Source: Escherichia coli (lineage in GTDB: Bacteria > Pseudomonadota > Gammaproteobacteria > Enterobacterales > Enterobacteriaceae). From it: a stretch of 64,000 bases of DNA. Positions 58,858-64,000 of this stretch are shown here, one piece after another. A program made the position numbers and the translations under genes. The stretch is from assembly GCF_002854065.1 (NCBI RefSeq), contig NZ_CP024147.1; one strand, given 5' to 3'. How positions within the stretch are numbered: the first letter of the stretch is position 1; each line of letters begins with the position of its first letter. Under the pieces are notes generated by a model. The model was not told the DNA's origin. It did no database searches and saw only the letters and a list, made by a program, of their open reading frames with translations.

Positions 58858-59063
58858 ACTTCCTGAGCCGGAACGAAAAGTTTTATCGGAATGCGTGTTC
58901 TGGTGAACTTTTGGCTTACGGTTGTGATGTTGTGTTGTTGTGTTTGCAATTGGTCTGCGATTCAGACCATGGTAGCAAAGCTACCTTTTTTCACTTCCTG
59001 TACATTTACCCTGTCTGTCCATAGTGATTAATGTAGCACCGCCTAATTGCGGTGCTTTTTTTT
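58858..59063 (+). ncRNA. gcvB: GcvB small RNA, about 206 nt
   Basis: ACTTCCTGAGCCGGAACGAAAAGTTTTATCGGAATGCGTGTTCTGGTGAACTTTTGG... with GU-rich TGTTGTGTTGTTGTGTTTG tract and terminator GCACCGCCTAATTGCGGTGC plus T8; divergent from gcvA. Confidence 0.92.
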
Positions 59064-59079
59064 ACCTTGCGATCGCGAA

Positions 59080-59307
59080 TTACTGATCCAGTTCGACCAT
59101 CTCTTTCACGTCAGTACGGTTGATCTGCTGTTTGTTGCCATTAGCGTCTTTATACGAAATCATACCGGTATCGTTATCAGTCTGTGGTTTGCCGTCAGAG
59201 ACGATGGTACGTCCGTCATTGGTGTGCATCACATAGTTCGAACCGGAACAGGCGCTCAGGGCAAAAGTCAGCATACAGGCAGAAATAATTGCGGCAGTCT
59301 TTTTCAT
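59080..59307 (-). CDS. ygdI: DUF903-family lipoprotein YgdI, 75 aa
   Basis: [24 protein letters not shown]...; lipobox LSAC. Confidence 0.88.
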   Translation of the reverse strand: MKKTAAIISACMLTFALSACSGSNYVMHTNDGRTIVSDGKPQTDNDTGMISYKDANGNKQQINRTDVKEMVELDQ

Positions 59308-59498
59308 CATCTTCTCCTTAAAGCGATTAATAAATCTTAATAGTATTGATTAACAGGCTAAAATTAACGCCTAACACTATTCAGCATATGTTACTGACGC
59401 GGCTTCGCCAGGATATCCAGATAATTCTGATGGTTAGCACTCTCCTTGTATCAAAGTGAATTTTGCGTCACGATCGGTGCATCAAGCCGAGGAGTACC

Positions 59499-60704
59499 AT
59501 GAACGTTTTTAATCCCGCGCAGTTTCGCGCCCAGTTTCCCGCTCTACAGGATGCGGGCGTCTATCTCGACAGCGCCGCGACCGCGCTTAAACCTGAAGCC
59601 GTGGTTGAAGCCACCCGACAGTTTTACAGTCTGAGCGCCGGAAACGTCCATCGCAGCCAGTTTGCCGAAGCCCAACGCCTGACCGCGCGTTATGAAGCTG
59701 CACGAGAGAAAGTGGCGCAATTACTGAATGCACCGGATGATAAAACTATCGTCTGGACGCGCGGCACCACTGAATCCATCAACATGGTGGCACAATGCTA
59801 TGCGCGTCCGCGTCTGCAACCGGGCGATGAGATTATTGTCAGCGTGGCAGAACACCACGCTAACCTCGTCCCCTGGCTGATGGTTGCCCAACAAACTGGA
59901 GCCAAAGTGGTGAAATTGCCGCTTAATGCGCAGCGACTGCCGGATGTCGATTTGTTGCCAGAACTGATTACTCCCCGTAGTCGGATTCTGGCGTTGGGTC
60001 AGATGTCGAACGTTACTGGCGGTTGCCCGGATCTGGCGCGAGCGATTACCTTTGCTCATTCAGCCGGGATGGTGGTGATGGTTGATGGTGCTCAGGGGGC
60101 GGTGCATTTCCCCGCGGATGTTCAGCAACTGGATATTGATTTCTATGCTTTTTCAGGTCACAAACTGTATGGCCCGACAGGTATCGGCGTGCTGTATGGC
60201 AAACCAGAACTGCTGGAAGCAATGTCACCCTGGCTGGGCGGCGGAAAAATGATTCACGAAGTGAGTTTTGACGGCTTCACGACTCAATCTGCGCCGTGGA
60301 AACTGGAAGCAGGAACGCCAAATGTGGCTGGTGTCATAGGATTAAGCGCGGCGCTGGAATGGCTGGCAGATTACGATATCAACCAGGCCGAAAGCTGGAG
60401 CCGTAGCCTGGCAACGCTTGCAGAAGAAGCGCTGGCGAAACGTCCAGGCTTTCGTTCATTCCGCTGCCAGGATTCCAGCCTGCTGGCCTTTGATTTTGCT
60501 GGCGTTCATCACAGCGATATGGTGACGCTGCTGGCGGAGTACGGTATTGCCCTGCGCGCCGGGCAGCATTGCGCTCAGCCGCTACTGGCAGAATTAGGCG
60601 TAACCGGCACACTGCGCGCCTCTTTTGCGCCATATAATACAAAGAGTGATGTGGATGCGCTGGTGAATGCCGTTGACCGCGCGCTGGAATTATTGGTGGA
60701 TTAA
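59499..60704 (+). CDS. csdA: Cysteine desulfurase / sulfinate desulfinase CsdA, 401 aa
   Basis: Translation from [20 protein letters not shown]...; PLP class-V aminotransferase fold. Confidence 0.93.
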
Positions 60705-61147
60705 TGACGAACCCGCAATTCGCCGGACACCCGTTCGGCACAACCGTAACCGCAGAAACGTTACGCAATACCTTCGCACCGTTGACGCAATGGGAAGATA
60801 AATATCGCCAGTTGATCATGCTGGGGAAACAGCTTCCGGCTTTGCCAGACGAGTTAAAAGCGCAGGCTAAAGAGATTGCCGGATGCGAAAACCGCGTCTG
60901 GCTGGGATATACCGTGGCTGAAAACGGTAAAATGCACTTCTTTGGCGACAGCGAAGGACGTATAGTGCGCGGCCTGCTGGCGGTGCTGTTGACTGCCGTT
61001 GAGGGGAAAACCGCCGCCGAATTGCAGGCACAGTCGCCGCTGGCATTGTTTGATGAACTGGGATTGCGTGCGCAACTTAGCGCCTCACGCAGCCAGGGGT
61101 TAAATGCGTTAAGCGAGGCGATTATCGCTGCGACGAAGCAGGTTTAA
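60704..61147 (+). CDS. csdE: Sulfur acceptor protein CsdE (SufE-like), 147 aa
   Basis: ORF translation; start overlaps csdA stop. Confidence 0.92.
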
Positions 61148-61197
61148 GCACAGAACCGGGTCGGATAAGACGTTTGCGTCGCATCCGACCTGATTGT

Positions 61198-62004
61198 TTA
61201 CCCCTGACGCGCCGCTTTCGCCATCATCTTCTTCAGCGCATGAGAAACCGCAACAAAACCAAAGGTGGCGGTCACCATCGTTGCCGCGCCAAATCCAGAT
61301 GCACAATCCATCCGCTTTGGTCCTTCCGCCGTGGCTTTCATCGCACACACCGTACCGTCTGACTGCGGATACACCAATGCTTCGGTAGAGAACACGCAAT
61401 CCACACCGAGCTTACCTTTACTGTTTTTCACTACGCCAAAATCGCTTTTCAGGCGCTCGCGCAACTTCGCCGCCAGCGGGTCCTGAATCGTTTTCGCCAG
61501 ATCGGTAACCTGAATCTGCGTCGGATCAATCTGCCCCCCCGCGCCACCGGTCGTGACCAGCGGGATTTTATTGCGCCGACAATAAGCAATCAGCGCCGCT
61601 TTGGGTCGTACACTATCAATGGCATCAATCACGTACGAATAACCGGCACTCATATATTGCGCTACGTTATCCGGCGTCACGAAATCATCCACCACCGTTA
61701 CACGGCACTCCGGGTTAATCTGGCGAATACGTTCCGCCATGACTTCCGCTTTTGCCAGCCCAACGTTATCGCGCAGGGCATGAATTTGTCGATTGGTATT
61801 GGTGACGCACACATCATCCATATCGATAAGCGTGATTGCGCCAATCCCCGTGCGCGCCAGCGCTTCCGCCGCCCAGGAACCGACACCGCCAATACCGACC
61901 ACACAAATATGCGCGTCAGCAAACAGTTGCAACGCTTTTTCACCATACAGACGCGCTGTGCCACCAAAACGCTGACGCCATGCATCACTAATTACCACAG
62001 ACAT
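61198..62004 (-). CDS. tcdA: tRNA threonylcarbamoyladenosine dehydratase TcdA (CsdL/YgdL), 268 aa
   Basis: ORF translation; E1-like ThiF/MoeB fold, GxGxxG. Confidence 0.92.
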   Translation of the reverse strand: MSVVISDAWRQRFGGTARLYGEKALQLFADAHICVVGIGGVGSWAAEALARTGIGAITLIDMDDVCVTNTNRQIHALRDNVGLAKAEVMAERIRQINPECRVTVVDDFVTPDNVAQYMSAGYSYVIDAIDSVRPKAALIAYCRRNKIPLVTTGGAGGQIDPTQIQVTDLAKTIQDPLAAKLRERLKSDFGVVKNSKGKLGVDCVFSTEALVYPQSDGTVCAMKATAEGPKRMDCASGFGAATMVTATFGFVAVSHALKKMMAKAARQG

Positions 62005-62056
62005 AGCACCTCAGAATTAAAAAGGGCGAGGTTACCCTTCACCCTAAACGCATAAA

Positions 62057-62156
62057 TGCCTGATGCGCTACGCTTATCAGGCCTACATAACTCCTGCAAT
62101 ATTTTGGATTTGCATGATTTGTAGGCCGGATAAGGCGTTCACGCCGCATCCGGCAT
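62057..62156. repeat. Pair of REP elements (BIME-like) between tcdA and mltA
   Basis: GCCTGATGCGCTACGCTTATCAGGCCTACA and TGTAGGCCGGATAAGGCGTTCACGCCGCATCCGGCA. Confidence 0.75.
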
Positions 62157-62242
62157 GAACAACACGCACTTAGTCAATAATCAGGATGTGAGGTTACCCC
62201 TCACCCTGTCATATCCGTAAAAACGGCATACAGAATATCACA

Positions 62243-63340
62243 TCAGCCGCTAAAGACGTTACCTGCGCCCGGGGCGGTTTTCAGCACCCAGACACGTCCA
62301 TAGTGGTTGTACCAACCTGCGCGGTGCCCGGCTTCCGGCCCGATCCCTTGATAGATATCGAAGTGTTGGCCTTTGATTGCGCCACCGACATCCAGCGCCA
62401 CCATCAGACGCAATTCGTACTGACCGTTAAATTTGCCGTTATTATCCAGCAGCGGCACTTCTGCCAGCAAGGTTGTACCTGGCGGGATAATTGAACGATC
62501 GGAGGCAACAGAAGCACGGCCAACCAGCGGCACCGCACTTGCCCCTTTCACCGGTGCAAAAGATTGCGGTTTAAAGAAAACGAAAGACGGGTTCTGTTCC
62601 AGAAGCTCGCGAACCTCGGCTTCACTGTGTGTTTCGCCCCAGTGACGAATCGCCTGCATCGACATATCTTCTTTTTTCACTTCGCCACGGTCGATCAGCA
62701 CCTTACCAATGCTGCGATAGGCATGACCGTTTTTCCCTGCATAGCTGAAAAAGTTAAGCGGACTGCCATCACCAAAGTCGATATACCCACTACCCTGCAC
62801 ATCCATAATGAAGTTATCCATCAGGGAGTTACTGTAAGCGAGAATATATTTATCACTCAATGCCCCCGCGTAGATCTCCGCACGAGACGGCAGACGACCA
62901 CGTTTTGGCGGCATACGGTAAATAGGATACTGGAACTCGCCCTGGCGGGTATGGCGCGCCTGAATTACCGGCGTGTAATAGCCTGTAAACTGCACGTTAC
63001 CATAGTTGTCGGCACCTTCCATCTGCCAGGCATCAATGCCGAACTGACGCATATTGCGGGTATCACCGCCTGCGCGCAGCCACTCTTGCACCGCGTTATA
63101 AACATTACTCTGGTTGCCATACAGACGCGGTGACGAATTACGGATATGGTTAATTTGCTCGGCAAAATCACCGGCGTTAATCGGCGCGCCAACGGCATCT
63201 GGCTGGTTCACCAGAGAGAAAGGCTGGGTAAATTTCCCGTCTTTATATTGCTGTCCGCGATCGGTTGGTTTGGAAGAGCAGGCGGCAAGCATTGCCACAA
63301 CCGTGCCCATAAGAAGGTACTTTACCCAACGTCCTTTCAT
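62243..63340 (-). CDS. mltA: Membrane-bound lytic murein transglycosylase A (MltA), 365 aa
   Basis: Translation from MKGRWVKYLLMGTVVAMLAACSS...; lipobox; ORF-track upstream extension not coding. Confidence 0.92.
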   Translation of the reverse strand: MKGRWVKYLLMGTVVAMLAACSSKPTDRGQQYKDGKFTQPFSLVNQPDAVGAPINAGDFAEQINHIRNSSPRLYGNQSNVYNAVQEWLRAGGDTRNMRQFGIDAWQMEGADNYGNVQFTGYYTPVIQARHTRQGEFQYPIYRMPPKRGRLPSRAEIYAGALSDKYILAYSNSLMDNFIMDVQGSGYIDFGDGSPLNFFSYAGKNGHAYRSIGKVLIDRGEVKKEDMSMQAIRHWGETHSEAEVRELLEQNPSFVFFKPQSFAPVKGASAVPLVGRASVASDRSIIPPGTTLLAEVPLLDNNGKFNGQYELRLMVALDVGGAIKGQHFDIYQGIGPEAGHRAGWYNHYGRVWVLKTAPGAGNVFSG

Positions 63341-63548
63341 TGTTCTCTTCTTCAGGTTAAAAAATAAGGCGCAACGAAGATAACAAACCACCGCGTTTAA
63401 TGAAATGAGCAGCCTCTCCCTGACGCAAATTTTGCACAAAAAATAGGCTTTAGTGATTTGTTTTTGTTCAAAATCATGCCAGATCCGTGATCGGGGTAAA
63501 AAAAAGGTTGCATGAAAACGCGAGCGGAGTATAGTGCGCATCCACGGA

Positions 63549-63625
<77 letters not shown>

Positions 63626-63658
63626 ATTAAAATTTGATGAAGTAAAGCAGTACGGTGA

Positions 63659-63735
<77 letters not shown>

Positions 63736-63769
63736 ATCAAAATTTGATGAAGTAAAAGCAGTACGGTGA

Positions 63770-63846
<77 letters not shown>

Positions 63847-63854
63847 ATTATTGA

Positions 63855-63877
63855 ACACCCTAACGGGTGTTTTTTTG
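63855..63877 (+). terminator. Intrinsic terminator of the tRNA-fMet operon
   Basis: ACACCCTAACGGGTGT hairpin followed by T7. Confidence 0.7.
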
Positions 63878-63910
63878 TTTCTGGTCTCCTATAAAAAAGC
63901 GCCATTCAGC

Positions 63911-64000
63911 GCCTTTTTATCATCCCCTTCTCGCCAGGGTCGCCCCATCGGCAAAATACGCTTTAATCCCTGCAAGAATAGACTCCGCAACTTCCTGCTG
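63911..64000 (-). CDS. amiC: N-acetylmuramoyl-L-alanine amidase AmiC, C-terminal end; gene continues past the window end
   Basis: Reverse translation ...QQEVAESILAGIKAYFADGATLARRG*; position after the tRNA-Met cluster. Confidence 0.6.

Noticed and set aside
63847-64000. tRNA-linked genomic island downstream of the tRNA-fMet array
   Set aside because: The array is followed directly by a terminator and the core gene amiC; no integrase or direct repeat of the tRNA 3' end within the window.

Overview
This window reads as a contiguous stretch of Escherichia coli-type chromosome, almost entirely core genes, in the order cysN'-cysD, iap, hok-family toxin locus, cysHIJ, queD, the ygcNOP / ygcQRSUW / yqcE-ygcE cluster, queE, lemA' interrupted by IS1, ygcG, eno, pyrG, mazG-mazFE-relA, rlmD, barA, gudDXP, yqcA, truC, yqcC, csrB, syd, queF, ppnN, sdaCB, xni, fucAO / fucPIKUR, rlmM, ygdD, gcvA / gcvB, ygdI, csdAE, tcdA, mltA, three tandem initiator tRNA-Met genes and amiC'. 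Gene calls rest on the supplied ORF translations, which I recognise from memory as these protein families; no database search was run, and start codons were adjusted by eye. Four things are not ordinary. (1) No type I-E cas genes or CRISPR array lie between iap and cysH, where K-12-like genomes carry them; an intact hok-family toxin gene sits there instead. (2) The second CRISPR locus between ygcE and queE is reduced to a leader-like AT-rich tract plus one degenerate repeat. (3) IS1 has truncated lemA and the 5' part of a downstream TPM-domain gene, with no target-site duplication. (4) The poorly characterised ygc cluster carries terminator-like hairpins directly upstream of both divergent operons, next to a GlpP-family antiterminator homologue, ygcP. 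I found no convincing evidence of an entirely novel gene system; the most promising lead is the proposed antitermination control of the ygc cluster.
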